From positions 1-45,289 of IMG/VR virus record IMGVR_UViG_3300045988_109839: a stretch of DNA of 45,289 nt; one strand, given 5' to 3'. Origin of the DNA: a virus. The notes under the pieces are model-generated. The model saw only the letters and a list, made by a program, of their open reading frames with translations, did no database searches and was not told where the DNA came from. Of this stretch, positions 33,481-42,659 are shown piece after piece. Numbering within the stretch: position 1 is the stretch's first letter; every line of letters starts with the position of its first letter. A program made the position numbers and the translations under genes.

Positions 33481-35214
33481 ATAAAAGTTATCAACCACAG
33501 TAGCACCCCCAAATTGTGGTTGTCTTTTTCTATAGCGTTCCGGAACAAGCTCAGGATTATATTCTTTGTGTAAGACACCAAAGTCAGAATCCCACCATTT
33601 CATAAGCTGTTCTTCTTCAAGTTCATCAATGCCCTGTTGAGCATCCCTGTCTAAGCTTTCTAACCAAAAGGCAACAGCCATGGTCACAGCATCAAGCCTA
33701 TCATCATGGGCAAGTGCACCTTTATCTCTAGTGAGCCTTGTGAGCTGATAGATTAAAGAGTACTTTTGGTCATTCTCATATACCTTATAATCATCATAGA
33801 TAACAGAGGTGTTTACAATGAGCTTATGGCGCATCATAACAGGTTCGAGGGTATCAATAATACGAGCTTCTTTCTGTTTGTTGTTCTTGACTTCTGTGTA
33901 GGTGCAAGGGTGAACCTTATTCAACACAGGTTTAAAGAGCTGCCCCCACATACCATCACCAAAGTTGGCTTCAGAGACAACATCATTCACACCCCAAAAC
34001 TTACACTTATTAGCTAGGATGTTGAGGGTATCATCACCATAGCCATCACGATAGCCACCAACTTCCATGAGGAAAAGGTAACCATTGAGAATCTTGATAA
34101 CAGCATAGGCAAGTTCATCCGCACCACGTCCGGAGGGGTCAATAGCCATTACAGTACCTGTATATTTAGCAGTTTCTTTAGACCTGTCAAAAGGGGCATA
34201 GAAGAAGTCACCTTTAAGGGCAGTACAGGGTACATCCTTTAGTCGCTGTTCATATCCACTTGCCCATGACCACTTCATAGATGCTTCTTCCATGTCTAGG
34301 TCAGCCACAATAAAGTCAGCTACTTTGAGCGGATACTTTTCAGCATCAGAGAGACTAGTGTCTAAAAGAAATTGTAAAGTAAAACCTGCTTTACCATAGG
34401 ACAGTCTACGCTTAAAAATCTCTTCTTCGTTGAAGCGTAAGGGGTCAGTGGGTTTACCTGCTAATGAGGGGTCTTTATCAAGTGCATCAGCAATAAAGGG
34501 ATGTAGACGCTTCCCATAGTTATCCCTCATTTTTTGATTTTCCGGATAGACAACAGGGAAGATGACACAACTATATCCACGATTCTGTAATTCGTTGTAT
34601 AAGGACTGTTCAGACTGTGGAGTACCTAAATAAATAATTAGTCCATTGGGTTTGATGATAGAATCAAATTCCTTTACAGCTTCGCTAAGTTTGTCACGCT
34701 GCACCTGTGTACCTGAATTAGATGGAATCTCAATATCATCTGCAATCAGCAGGTCAGCACGAGAGCCTGTAATCTGACCATAGATACCTACAGACTTTAC
34801 AGAAGGTGAGATGTCAGGAACAGCAGGAGCAACATCAAACAAGTTCATTGTGTCTCTGTTGCCCTTGCTGGTATTAGGTTTAAGATGTGCAAGAAAAGGC
34901 AGTGTCATAATGATACGCTTTACGAAAATAGCGTTAGCATCAGCTCTATCTTTACCTGCGGAAACAATCTCTACTTTAATTTGAGGGTTACGCCACAGAG
35001 ACCACACGGCAAAGGCACAAGTGATAAAGCTTTTCGCTACACCACGAAACCCTTCTAAAATAGTACGGTCATTGGGACAATGTTGTAGATAATTCGCAAT
35101 AGCATATTGGATAGGGGTAGGGGACGGAAGACCAATCATTTTCCATACAATAAAAAGGAAGACCCTAAAGTCCTCCTTAGCTTTGTCAATCTGTTCATCT
35201 GTCCATTCAGGCAT
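33475..35214 (-). CDS. Terminase large subunit (T7 gp19-like)
   Basis: 579 aa. Walker A-like GFRGVAKS, Walker B LLIADDIE and a C-terminal nuclease region. It follows the small-subunit-like ORF with overlapping stop and start. Confidence 0.88.
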   Translation of the reverse strand: MPEWTDEQIDKAKEDFRVFLFIVWKMIGLPSPTPIQYAIANYLQHCPNDRTILEGFRGVAKSFITCAFAVWSLWRNPQIKVEIVSAGKDRADANAIFVKRIIMTLPFLAHLKPNTSKGNRDTMNLFDVAPAVPDISPSVKSVGIYGQITGSRADLLIADDIEIPSNSGTQVQRDKLSEAVKEFDSIIKPNGLIIYLGTPQSEQSLYNELQNRGYSCVIFPVVYPENQKMRDNYGKRLHPFIADALDKDPSLAGKPTDPLRFNEEEIFKRRLSYGKAGFTLQFLLDTSLSDAEKYPLKVADFIVADLDMEEASMKWSWASGYEQRLKDVPCTALKGDFFYAPFDRSKETAKYTGTVMAIDPSGRGADELAYAVIKILNGYLFLMEVGGYRDGYGDDTLNILANKCKFWGVNDVVSEANFGDGMWGQLFKPVLNKVHPCTYTEVKNNKQKEARIIDTLEPVMMRHKLIVNTSVIYDDYKVYENDQKYSLIYQLTRLTRDKGALAHDDRLDAVTMAVAFWLESLDRDAQQGIDELEEEQLMKWWDSDFGVLHKEYNPELVPERYRKRQPQFGGATVVDNFYS

Positions 35215-35444
35215 CAGCTCACCTGCCCATCCAAATCAAAGGTAGGAATCTCTTCCACTACCTTCTGAATCTTTTGTACCCCTTGGGTTTCGGGGGTAGT
35301 CTGTAATTTATTCTGCTTTAAGAACTCACGCACCTTAGCAAGAAAAGCAGGGTTGCGACGTAGCTCCGGGTCATCAAGACCCTCTAAAAGGGCATTGACC
35401 TCACCTATAGCAAGCTTATCAAGCAGTTTTTCATCTATCTGCAT
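35214..35444 (-). CDS. Probable terminase small subunit (gp18-like by position and size)
   Basis: 76-aa helical ORF translationally coupled to the large terminase. Confidence 0.5.
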   Translation of the reverse strand: MQIDEKLLDKLAIGEVNALLEGLDDPELRRNPAFLAKVREFLKQNKLQTTPETQGVQKIQKVVEEIPTFDLDGQVS

Positions 35445-35497
35445 AGTTTATCACTCCTTTATATTCATAAATCAATTCTCACATGATTGAGAGGGGC

Positions 35498-35529
35498 TGG
35501 GAGTGCCATTTGAGCAATGCAACACTCCC
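35498..35529 (-). other. Hairpin without a U-run upstream of the terminase genes (possible RNA processing or regulatory site)
   Basis: 7-bp stem gggagtg/cactccc with an 18-nt loop in a 140-nt intergenic gap. Confidence 0.35.
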
Positions 35530-35584
35530 ATAGGTATAATCACATAAGCAAGAAAATTAAAATGTTCAGATAGGCTCTCAGGCG

Positions 35585-35851
35585 TTACTGAGGACGTTTT
35601 AACTTCTTACCTTTTAATTCTTCAATGTAATCTGTTTTATTGGTATCCACAAGACATACATCATATGTCTTAGATAAGGTACGGATAGCAGCAGCAGTTC
35701 CTTTACCAAAACGGAAAGACCACAGAGGACACTTGCAGATATGACAATCACGGATGTTATCAGAAGTACCTGCACAGTCCATGCATTTTAAACGGATAGC
35801 ACGAGTGAGTGAGGGTTTCTTAATATCAGCGATATACACTTTTTTAGCCAT
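35585..35851 (-). CDS. Small Cys-rich (zinc-ribbon-like) protein
   Basis: CMDC..(10)..CHICKCPLWSFRFGK. ATG lies 6 nt after GGGGGTGA and overlaps the end of nrdD. Confidence 0.5.
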   Translation of the reverse strand: MAKKVYIADIKKPSLTRAIRLKCMDCAGTSDNIRDCHICKCPLWSFRFGKGTAAAIRTLSKTYDVCLVDTNKTDYIEELKGKKLKRPQ

Positions 35852-38012
35852 GGAAGTCACCCCCTAAATGAATAAAGCGGTCTCTAATCTCCTCAGTACG
35901 CCCCTGATTCCAAAACTGACTGCCTAAATATCCGCAGGTTCTACGTGTCACGTTCATCTTGGTTTTGTCTCTGTTACCACAATTTGGACACTCCCACTCC
36001 AATCTACCATTATCTGTGACAATCTTAATCTCACCATCATATCCACAGACCTGACAATAGTCACTCTTGGTGTTCAGCTCTGCATACATAATGTTGTCAT
36101 AGATAAATTGAATAACAGCCATAACTGCATCAATGTTTTTGGTCATATCAGCACACTCAATGTAACTGATAGCACCACCCGGACTGAGCAATTGAAACTC
36201 AGATTCAAATTGCAATTTGGTGAAGGGGTCAATAGGCTCACGTACATTCACATGATAGCTATTAGTGATATAGTCATGGTCAGTGACTTCTTTAATCACC
36301 CCAAAGCGTTCACGGAGACATTTAGCAAATTTATATGTGGTGGTTTCCATAGGAGTACCATAGACACTATAGCCTAAGTGCTCCTTAGCTTTCCATTCAG
36401 CACACTTGTCATTAAGGTGCTGCATGACAGAGAGAGCAAAGGTTTTCACAGCAGGGTCAGTATGGGATTTACCAAACATTGCCATGCAGCACTCATAGAG
36501 ACCTGCATAACCAAGGGAGATAGTGGAGTAGCCATTTTCCAGCAGCTTGTCAATCTTCTCACCTTTTTGCAGACGAGCAATAGCACCATACTGCCAATGA
36601 ATAGGGGAGACATTAGAGATTGTACCTTTAAGGTTTTGGTGTCTTACACGCAAGGCTTTGTGGCACAGTTCCAAACGCTCATCAAGAATAGACCAAAATT
36701 TGTTTTTGTCTTTGCCAGCAGACAGCGCAACATCCACAAGGTTGATGGAGACAACACCTTGGTTGAAGCGCCCATAGAATTTAGCTTTGCCATTTTCATC
36801 AAGATAGGGTGTCAAGAAGCTTCTGCATCCCATAGGTGGATAGCAATGCCCAACACCATCTTCAGTCTTCTTGTTCTTCAGCATAATCTTCTCAGACAAA
36901 TAATCAGGTTGCATACGCTTAGCAGTACATTTAGCACACATCTCTGTAAGGTAATAATAGGGAGTACCCTTACGGATGTTGTCTTCCTCTAAGACATAAA
37001 TCAGCTTAGGAAAGGCAGCAGCAATCCATGCACCCTTTTCATTCTTGACACCCTGATAGCGTTGACGAATGATTTCCTCAATAACCATAGCAAGGTCTTT
37101 CTTTTCCTGCTCATTCTTAGCTTCATTGAGATATAGAAATAAGGTAACGAAAGGTGTCTGACCATTGGAAGTCATAAGGGTGTTAATTTGATATTGCATG
37201 GTTTGAACACCTCTAGTGATTTCAGCTTTCAGTCGCTTTTCTGTGATACGCTTAATATCATCATAAGAATAGTCTCCTGCTCCAATAGCTTCTAGTTCTT
37301 GTGCAAATTCTTCTCTAATTTTTTGTCTAGAGATATTGACAAATGGAGCTAAATGTGCTACCGACACACTTTGACCACCATATTGATTAGAAGCAACCTG
37401 TGCCATAATCTGAGTAGCAATATTGCAAGCAGTAGCAAAGCTGTGTGGCTTCTCAATCAGCGTACCATTGATTACAGTGCCATTTTGAAGCATATCTTCC
37501 ATGTCTAACAGAGCGCAGTTGTACATCTTTTGGATAGCATAGTCCATATCATGTACATGGATGATACCTTCTTTATGTGCCTTCATTACATCCGGAGGGA
37601 ACAACAGCTTTTCAGAGAGTTCCTTAGAGACCATACCTGCCATATAGTCACGTTGGGTAGACAAAATAACAGGGTTCTTATTAGAGTTTTCCTCATTCAC
37701 ATCTTGGTTGCTGAGGTTGACAATATCAAGGACTTCACTCAAAGCACCTTTGGTATTACGAATAAGCTCACGTTTATAGCGGTAACGCACATACTCTCTA
37801 GCTACCTCAGGGTAGTAGTTAAGCATAAGCTCAGTTTCTACAAAATCTTGTATTTTCTCCACAGTTAGTGTTTCTTTTTTTGCTGCCATTTCGATGAGTG
37901 TAGCAATAGTCTTTTTCAGCTTTAATGGCACATAGCCAGCCTTAGATATAGCATTAATGATTTTGTCTTTATTAAAGTCTACGAGAGACCCATCACGTTT
38001 TTTAATTTTCAA
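35844..38012 (-). CDS. nrdD: Anaerobic ribonucleoside-triphosphate reductase (class III), NrdD
   Basis: 722 aa. N-terminal ATP-cone-like MKIKKRDGSLVDFNKDKI. C-terminal zinc site CQVC...CPNC. Glycyl-radical motif RRTCGYLGS. TTG start. Confidence 0.93.
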   Translation of the reverse strand: MKIKKRDGSLVDFNKDKIINAISKAGYVPLKLKKTIATLIEMAAKKETLTVEKIQDFVETELMLNYYPEVAREYVRYRYKRELIRNTKGALSEVLDIVNLSNQDVNEENSNKNPVILSTQRDYMAGMVSKELSEKLLFPPDVMKAHKEGIIHVHDMDYAIQKMYNCALLDMEDMLQNGTVINGTLIEKPHSFATACNIATQIMAQVASNQYGGQSVSVAHLAPFVNISRQKIREEFAQELEAIGAGDYSYDDIKRITEKRLKAEITRGVQTMQYQINTLMTSNGQTPFVTLFLYLNEAKNEQEKKDLAMVIEEIIRQRYQGVKNEKGAWIAAAFPKLIYVLEEDNIRKGTPYYYLTEMCAKCTAKRMQPDYLSEKIMLKNKKTEDGVGHCYPPMGCRSFLTPYLDENGKAKFYGRFNQGVVSINLVDVALSAGKDKNKFWSILDERLELCHKALRVRHQNLKGTISNVSPIHWQYGAIARLQKGEKIDKLLENGYSTISLGYAGLYECCMAMFGKSHTDPAVKTFALSVMQHLNDKCAEWKAKEHLGYSVYGTPMETTTYKFAKCLRERFGVIKEVTDHDYITNSYHVNVREPIDPFTKLQFESEFQLLSPGGAISYIECADMTKNIDAVMAVIQFIYDNIMYAELNTKSDYCQVCGYDGEIKIVTDNGRLEWECPNCGNRDKTKMNVTRRTCGYLGSQFWNQGRTEEIRDRFIHLGGDFHG

Positions 38013-38030
38013 ATTGATACAGACCTCCTT

Positions 38031-38063
38031 TAAAAAATAAAAAGAGGGAGACTAAGCTCCCTC
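38031..38063 (-). terminator. Intrinsic terminator after the endolysin gene
   Basis: Minus strand: GAGGGAG-cttagt-CTCCCTC followed by TTTTTATTTTTT. Confidence 0.65.
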
Positions 38064-38070
38064 GTAAATC

Positions 38071-38427
38071 TTACCAACGTGCAGTATAACCACGGACATC
38101 CACATGGACACCCCAGCTATAAATACCAATACCATCAGCACCAGCAGTTACCGCAGCATCATACAAAGACTGCAACATAACCCCATCAGGGCACTGCACA
38201 TCCGCAGCAGTACCATAGATATGCTGGCTGTTAGACACACCACCTACCTCAGCATTGTGGGCAGGGCAACGATAACCACAGGACAGCACTAAAGGCTTAC
38301 CGATGATAGCACGCATACGCTCTAATACCTGTACAAGCCGTGGGTTGATGTCAGCACCATTGTGGAGACCACCACAGCCACATTTGCAGGCAAATTCACT
38401 AGAATCAAAATGAGCAGATAATTTCAT
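38071..38427 (-). CDS. Endolysin, peptidase M15 family (zinc D-Ala-D-Ala carboxypeptidase-like / L-Ala-D-Glu peptidase type)
   Basis: FDSSEFACKCGCG..., GYRCPAHNAEVGGVSNSQHIYGTAADV and VHVDVR give an H..D..H zinc-site pattern. It lies next to the holin. Confidence 0.85.
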   Translation of the reverse strand: MKLSAHFDSSEFACKCGCGGLHNGADINPRLVQVLERMRAIIGKPLVLSCGYRCPAHNAEVGGVSNSQHIYGTAADVQCPDGVMLQSLYDAAVTAGADGIGIYSWGVHVDVRGYTARW

Positions 38428-38594
38428 TTATTACATTCCTCCTTTTTAAAAAAGGTCTTATACAGCAAGACCCAAATTTGAATCAAGACATACATAATGG
38501 TGACGATATACACCCAATCAGATAAGGGGATACCCATGAGGGATAGGGTGGAGACACCAATAGGAGGGGTTGTCTTTACAATTTCATTGTCCAT
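38424..38594 (-). CDS. Probable holin (56 aa)
   Basis: The start is taken at MDNEIV, 5 nt after GGAGG. A strong TM helix (WVYIVTIMYVLIQIWVLLY) is followed by a charged C-terminus (KKEECNK). The stop overlaps the endolysin start. Confidence 0.6.
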   Translation of the reverse strand: MDNEIVKTTPPIGVSTLSLMGIPLSDWVYIVTIMYVLIQIWVLLYKTFFKKEECNK

Positions 38595-38606
38595 AATATC
38601 CTCCAT

Positions 38607-38644
38607 AATAAAATAAAAGAGGGTCAGCTTCTCAGCCAACCCTC
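38607..38644 (-). terminator. Hairpin plus U-run upstream of the holin gene
   Basis: Minus strand: GAGGGT-n14-ACCCTC followed by TTTTATTTTATT. Confidence 0.45.
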
Positions 38645-38650
38645 GGTACA

Positions 38651-39187
38651 TTACGCAGCAGTAGTGGTAGTAGCAGGTACCTTAAGTTTCAGATAGAGCA
38701 GTTCTCTATCCTTATCTGCCAACTTATCACGCAGAGCTTGCATAGTGTTGCAGGTAATCAGAGCACGAGTTTTCTCACCTTCCTCATGGATAGCGGTGGT
38801 AACTTTACAGGTGTTTGCAGCACCCTCAAAGCGCAGGGCATCAATGTTACGATTGATACTTTCACCAACACTAGCTACTTTGTATCCGGTTTCTTTTTCA
38901 TTCATGCCAACAGTGTAGAAGCCGTCGCACATACCACTTTGGATACCACGCAGACTAGCTTTGATGTCTTGGTTGTCTAAGCCTTCAGACAACTCTGCAC
39001 GAGTTACAGTACCTTGGAAAGCAGAACCATTACCACCCCAACCACCGAAACCACCAAAGCCACCACCAAAGGCAGCTAAGAGGATAAGGTATACAAAGGG
39101 GTTATTCCACATCTCATTACCATTAGAACCTTGTTTGGCGAGCATCAGGGCATCACCGAGACCTACGCCAGCATTAGCCATTTCCAT
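38651..39187 (-). CDS. Gly-rich membrane-associated protein (178 aa), hypothetical (lysis-cassette neighbour)
   Basis: FVYLILLAAFGGGFGGFGGWGG is a hydrophobic Gly-rich segment, followed by a soluble domain. Confidence 0.5.
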   Translation of the reverse strand: MEMANAGVGLGDALMLAKQGSNGNEMWNNPFVYLILLAAFGGGFGGFGGWGGNGSAFQGTVTRAELSEGLDNQDIKASLRGIQSGMCDGFYTVGMNEKETGYKVASVGESINRNIDALRFEGAANTCKVTTAIHEEGEKTRALITCNTMQALRDKLADKDRELLYLKLKVPATTTTAA

Positions 39188-39369
39188 TACTTTTCAACTC
39201 CTTTTTGAACTTGGTTGATGTATGCTTTACCTGCATTGATGTCTTCATCCGACATACCACGCTTACGAGCTTCTTCCTCAACCATTGCTAACAGTTCAGG
39301 GGAAACCTGTTTTAAGGCTTGCATCATCATCATTTGCATAAGTTTGTTTTGGTTCATGTTATATTGCAT
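39187..39369 (-). CDS. Hypothetical Met/Gln-rich small protein (60 aa)
   Basis: ORF with an AGGAGG RBS. The palindrome gtgactagtcac overlaps the RBS region. Confidence 0.45.
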   Translation of the reverse strand: MQYNMNQNKLMQMMMMQALKQVSPELLAMVEEEARKRGMSDEDINAGKAYINQVQKGVEK

Positions 39370-39443
39370 AGTGACTAGTCACCTCCTGCTATTATGATAA
39401 CATGAATTTAGGAATTGAAAGTTGTAACTAAATGACTAAAAAG

Positions 39444-39680
39444 TTACTTGAAAAGGACAAGATATACTTTGTCATATATTTGTCTTAAGGCACGTTTGAT
39501 ACAAGACACATCCTCGTGGTACTCCATAGCAAGCTTTTGTTGGGAGTAGTCACTAATGATGATTTTGTCGAGTATGTCTTGTTGTCTTGGTGTGAGCTTG
39601 GCTTCGGTAGTAACAGACTTGTACTCAGTGAGAGTAGAGGACTTAAGCCAAGCACGAGCCTTTTTACGATTCTTTTCCAT
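39444..39680 (-). CDS. Small sigma-70 region-4-like / HTH protein (78 aa)
   Basis: LTPRQQDILDKIIISDYSQQKLAMEYHEDVSCIKRALRQIYDKV resembles the region 4 HTH of ECF-type sigma factors and LuxR-type proteins. ATG (MEKNRKK) lies 6 nt after AAAGGAG. Confidence 0.45.
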   Translation of the reverse strand: MEKNRKKARAWLKSSTLTEYKSVTTEAKLTPRQQDILDKIIISDYSQQKLAMEYHEDVSCIKRALRQIYDKVYLVLFK

Positions 39681-39743
39681 GATAACTCCTTTCTGCCCAC
39701 CCAAACCCCTAAGGGGAGACAACAACCCTGTCTTTTTACTCAA

Positions 39744-40241
39744 TTAAACTAAGGTAATAGCTTCTACTTCTTCTTTAGTTGAAGCAGTTGCCACTTTTTC
39801 TTTAGCTCTTCTATACGCACTGTGGAGCTTATCACTTCTCAATGCTACCTGTGCGATGATACCACGCAGGTCAGATGCAGTTACTTTCACATCCTTGTTA
39901 TCTGCTGTAGTCCATGTGAGGGTGGCAGAAGCACCTGCGACTTCAAGCGCAATTATGGCAGCATTGATACGCTCACGAGCCTTCTCATCATAGTCAAAAG
40001 AGTATCCTTGGTAGGTAATAGGCTCTACTTCTGCTTTATCACGTTGCATCTTTAAAGTTTCGATTTTGCGTTCTTTGAGATACTCAATCGGCTCTTCCTC
40101 GTGTGTCACTTCGACCCCTAAGTCTTTAAGGGCATCTTCAGAGATAGACAGGGGGATAAAGATACCTTCTTTACCTAAGGCTTCGGAAAGAGGATAGGTG
40201 TGAGTATATGTTTTGTCTTTGTATTTATATTTTGTCTGCAT
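39744..40241 (-). CDS. DUF4376-like tail-fibre-associated protein
   Basis: The segment ITYQGYSFDYDEKARERINAAI...TWTTADNKDVKVTASDLRGI matches the DUF4376 pattern as I remember it. The start is at MQTKYKYK, after AGGAGG. Confidence 0.45.
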   Translation of the reverse strand: MQTKYKYKDKTYTHTYPLSEALGKEGIFIPLSISEDALKDLGVEVTHEEEPIEYLKERKIETLKMQRDKAEVEPITYQGYSFDYDEKARERINAAIIALEVAGASATLTWTTADNKDVKVTASDLRGIIAQVALRSDKLHSAYRRAKEKVATASTKEEVEAITLV

Positions 40242-40257
40242 TTTGTTCCTCCTTTGC

Positions 40258-40662
40258 TTAATAATCTTCAACTGTAGGCTTCATGTCATTTATTGCTTTA
40301 CCCCATGAAAAAGTTACACCACTTGTAAGCCAACAATTAAAAAGCAATGTATAGGTTTTATTTGGGGTTACGCCTACAATGGAATCAATATCTTGATGCT
40401 CATAGAGTTCTCCGTTTTCATCAGAGCGTGAGAAACCTTCGCCCCATGTTTTATTAGTCATTTTATTTTCTATAGAAGCATCACTAGAATCGTGCGGGTT
40501 ACCTTCAGCCGAATCAACTTCTGCAAACACTTTGATTCTTTTAACCCCTGGTGGAACAGTAAAAGTTATTGTTTTATTATTTGCCTCCTCATAACTCCAC
40601 GTCTTGCTACCATCTTCAACCTTTACTGCACCATTTTTCATCATCATTCTATTAAGTCCCAT
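40258..40662 (-). CDS. Hypothetical beta-rich protein downstream of the tail fibre (134 aa)
   Basis: Translationally coupled (TAATG) to the end of the tail-fibre gene. Confidence 0.45.
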   Translation of the reverse strand: MGLNRMMMKNGAVKVEDGSKTWSYEEANNKTITFTVPPGVKRIKVFAEVDSAEGNPHDSSDASIENKMTNKTWGEGFSRSDENGELYEHQDIDSIVGVTPNKTYTLLFNCWLTSGVTFSWGKAINDMKPTVEDY

Positions 40663-42596
40663 TATGCACCACCTTCTAACTTAGAAGCTTGCACGATACT
40701 TGTTACAGTGTCACTAACATCTTTCATCATCAAAATGTTTAACAACAGACCTGCACTTGTAATAGCTACGTCAGACGCAGAACCTATGTATTTAATAGTT
40801 CCAGCGTTGGTGATGGTCAGAGGGTAGTCAGCAGATGATGCAATATACGCTGTAAAGACAGTGGATTCATTAATTTGTAATCCAGTCGAAAGGCTACTGA
40901 GGTCGAGCGTAAATGCCCCTGTTGCCTCATATTGCATTAGGGACACTGAGGGGTTACTACCTGTATTGCTTATCTTACGAGAAAGGTATTTTTCATATCC
41001 CAATTTCACTTCCTTAAAGTCTTGTTGCTCTTCCCATGTGTTAGCAGCAGAACTTTTTGCGTAGGTTATGGAGATTACATTTCCATCGCCATCTTGTGTA
41101 GCCTTAGTTGCAGTACCGATGAACGCTTTTGCTACAACCTCAGCCAAACCGGTCTTGCCAGAACCATTCAAGAAGTGATATTGTTTAATGGGGTTCTTAT
41201 AGTCCATAGTGCCATCAGAGAATCGCCAATTAAGGTAGATTACACCATCACCATTATTGTAATCAGCAGCCTCTTTAGGGACAAAATCAAATTCATTGTA
41301 GTTACTAATTAAGTTGGTAGCAGTCCCTTGTTTAACATATCCATCTAAGGCACTTTTAATAACCTTATTCTGCACAGGGTTAGTGCTAGTGTCAGACAGC
41401 GCAGTATCAATATCAATACCACCATCAGCACCCTTTTCGCCTCTTGGCAACGTAAAGTTAAACACAGCGTCATTAGCAGTACCAACATTAGTAACAATAG
41501 CCTCACTACCCGGAGCACCTGTAGTCACTGTACCGATTCTGATAGTAGCAGCAGCACCTGTTGCACCCCGGTCACCCTTTGCACCTGTATCACCTTTGAC
41601 ACCCTGTACGCCCTGTATGCCCTGCAAACCTTGGTCGCCTTTCTCACCCTTAATATTCACAGAGGGAGGGTTCGCAAGTCCTGCCTTATTAGTCCATGAT
41701 AAGACACCACTAGTAGACACACTAGGCGTAAACACATTGACATTCTCACTATAGTTCTTAGCATTATCCATGTAGGTTTTAGCATTATCCATGTAGGTTT
41801 TAGCGTTATCCCTGTAGGTCTTTGCTTCCCTTGCACTATTTTGCGCACCAGCAGCAAAGTTACTAGCAGTAGTAGCAGCAGATTGAGCTGCTTCTTGACT
41901 AGCACCTGCATTATCAGCAGAGGTCTTAGCGTTGGCAGCATAAAGGGACGCATCACTCTTAGCAGTTTCTGCTGCTGTTTTGTAACCTTCGGCTAACCTT
42001 GCGCTTTCCGCAGCACTTGCAGCAGATACACTAGCGGACTGTGCACTCTTATAGGCACTATCTTTGCTGTTACCTGCTGTGTTAGCAAATTGTTCAGTCT
42101 GTGTCTTGATAGCGTTCATGCGCTGAACAAAGGAATCCTCGGTGTTCTCTAAATAATTCTTGGTTACAACATCCTGTGCTTCTGTCGGGTCAGACACATT
42201 AGACACACGATAGTTGCGTCCTTGCCATACACCCCTTTCCTCATCAAAAACAATAGAATGAGTTTTAGACCAATCGTTTGCCTCCTCTAAGATGTGTAAC
42301 TGCTGTACCTCTGCAATTGTCATATCTATAGCCTTCAGGATACTTGCATCTGCCCAAGACACCAATCGAGTGGTAGGAGTGCTACGATAGATATATACCA
42401 CAGCATCTTTAGCTGGTGCAGAATCAAACATAACCATACGATTACTTATAGTGAATCCCTCGGAAACCTCTGCATCGTTAACAGCCACATGGACAAAGGA
42501 TGGACGCAAATAATCAAAGGGAACAGAGAAGTTTGTTTGAGAACCATCTGCTGTGTAAGTAATAGATGTAGCCAATTTAATAGCTATATTAATCAT
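40662..42596 (-). CDS. Tail fibre protein (gp17-like N-terminal adaptor, Ala-rich coiled coil, collagen-like Gly-X-Y tract, C-terminal receptor-binding part)
   Basis: ITYTADGSQTNFSVPFDYLRPSFVHV...RLVSWADASILKAIDMTIAEVQQLHILEEAND parallels the T7 gp17 N-terminus. GEKGDQGLQGIQGVQGVKGDTGAKGDRGATG is collagen-like. The start is taken at MINIAIK; the track's upstream extension is a terminator hairpin. Confidence 0.88.
   Translation of the reverse strand: MINIAIKLATSITYTADGSQTNFSVPFDYLRPSFVHVAVNDAEVSEGFTISNRMVMFDSAPAKDAVVYIYRSTPTTRLVSWADASILKAIDMTIAEVQQLHILEEANDWSKTHSIVFDEERGVWQGRNYRVSNVSDPTEAQDVVTKNYLENTEDSFVQRMNAIKTQTEQFANTAGNSKDSAYKSAQSASVSAASAAESARLAEGYKTAAETAKSDASLYAANAKTSADNAGASQEAAQSAATTASNFAAGAQNSAREAKTYRDNAKTYMDNAKTYMDNAKNYSENVNVFTPSVSTSGVLSWTNKAGLANPPSVNIKGEKGDQGLQGIQGVQGVKGDTGAKGDRGATGAAATIRIGTVTTGAPGSEAIVTNVGTANDAVFNFTLPRGEKGADGGIDIDTALSDTSTNPVQNKVIKSALDGYVKQGTATNLISNYNEFDFVPKEAADYNNGDGVIYLNWRFSDGTMDYKNPIKQYHFLNGSGKTGLAEVVAKAFIGTATKATQDGDGNVISITYAKSSAANTWEEQQDFKEVKLGYEKYLSRKISNTGSNPSVSLMQYEATGAFTLDLSSLSTGLQINESTVFTAYIASSADYPLTITNAGTIKYIGSASDVAITSAGLLLNILMMKDVSDTVTSIVQASKLEGGA
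41759..41821 (-). repeat. Three tandem 21-bp repeats inside the tail-fibre gene (encoding AKTY(M/R)DN heptads)
   Basis: tagcattatccatgtaggttt occurs twice, followed by tagcgttatccctgtaggtct. Confidence 0.9.
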
Positions 42597-42604
42597 CTCC
42601 TTTA

Positions 42605-42645
42605 CAAAAATAAAAAGACCACCAGCTCTAAAAGAGCCAGCGGTC
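42605..42645 (-). terminator. Strong intrinsic terminator between the GGDEF gene and the tail-fibre gene
   Basis: Minus strand: GACCGCTGGCTCT-ttt-AGAGCTGGTGGTC forms a 13-bp stem including G.U pairs, followed by TTTTTATTTTTG. Confidence 0.7.
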
Positions 42646-42659
42646 ACCAATTCAATTTA

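Noticed and set aside
33393-33581. ORF of 62 aa overlapping the terminase 3' end and the promoter-like motifs.
   Set aside because: It is out of frame within the terminase gene and the repeat region, with no RBS.
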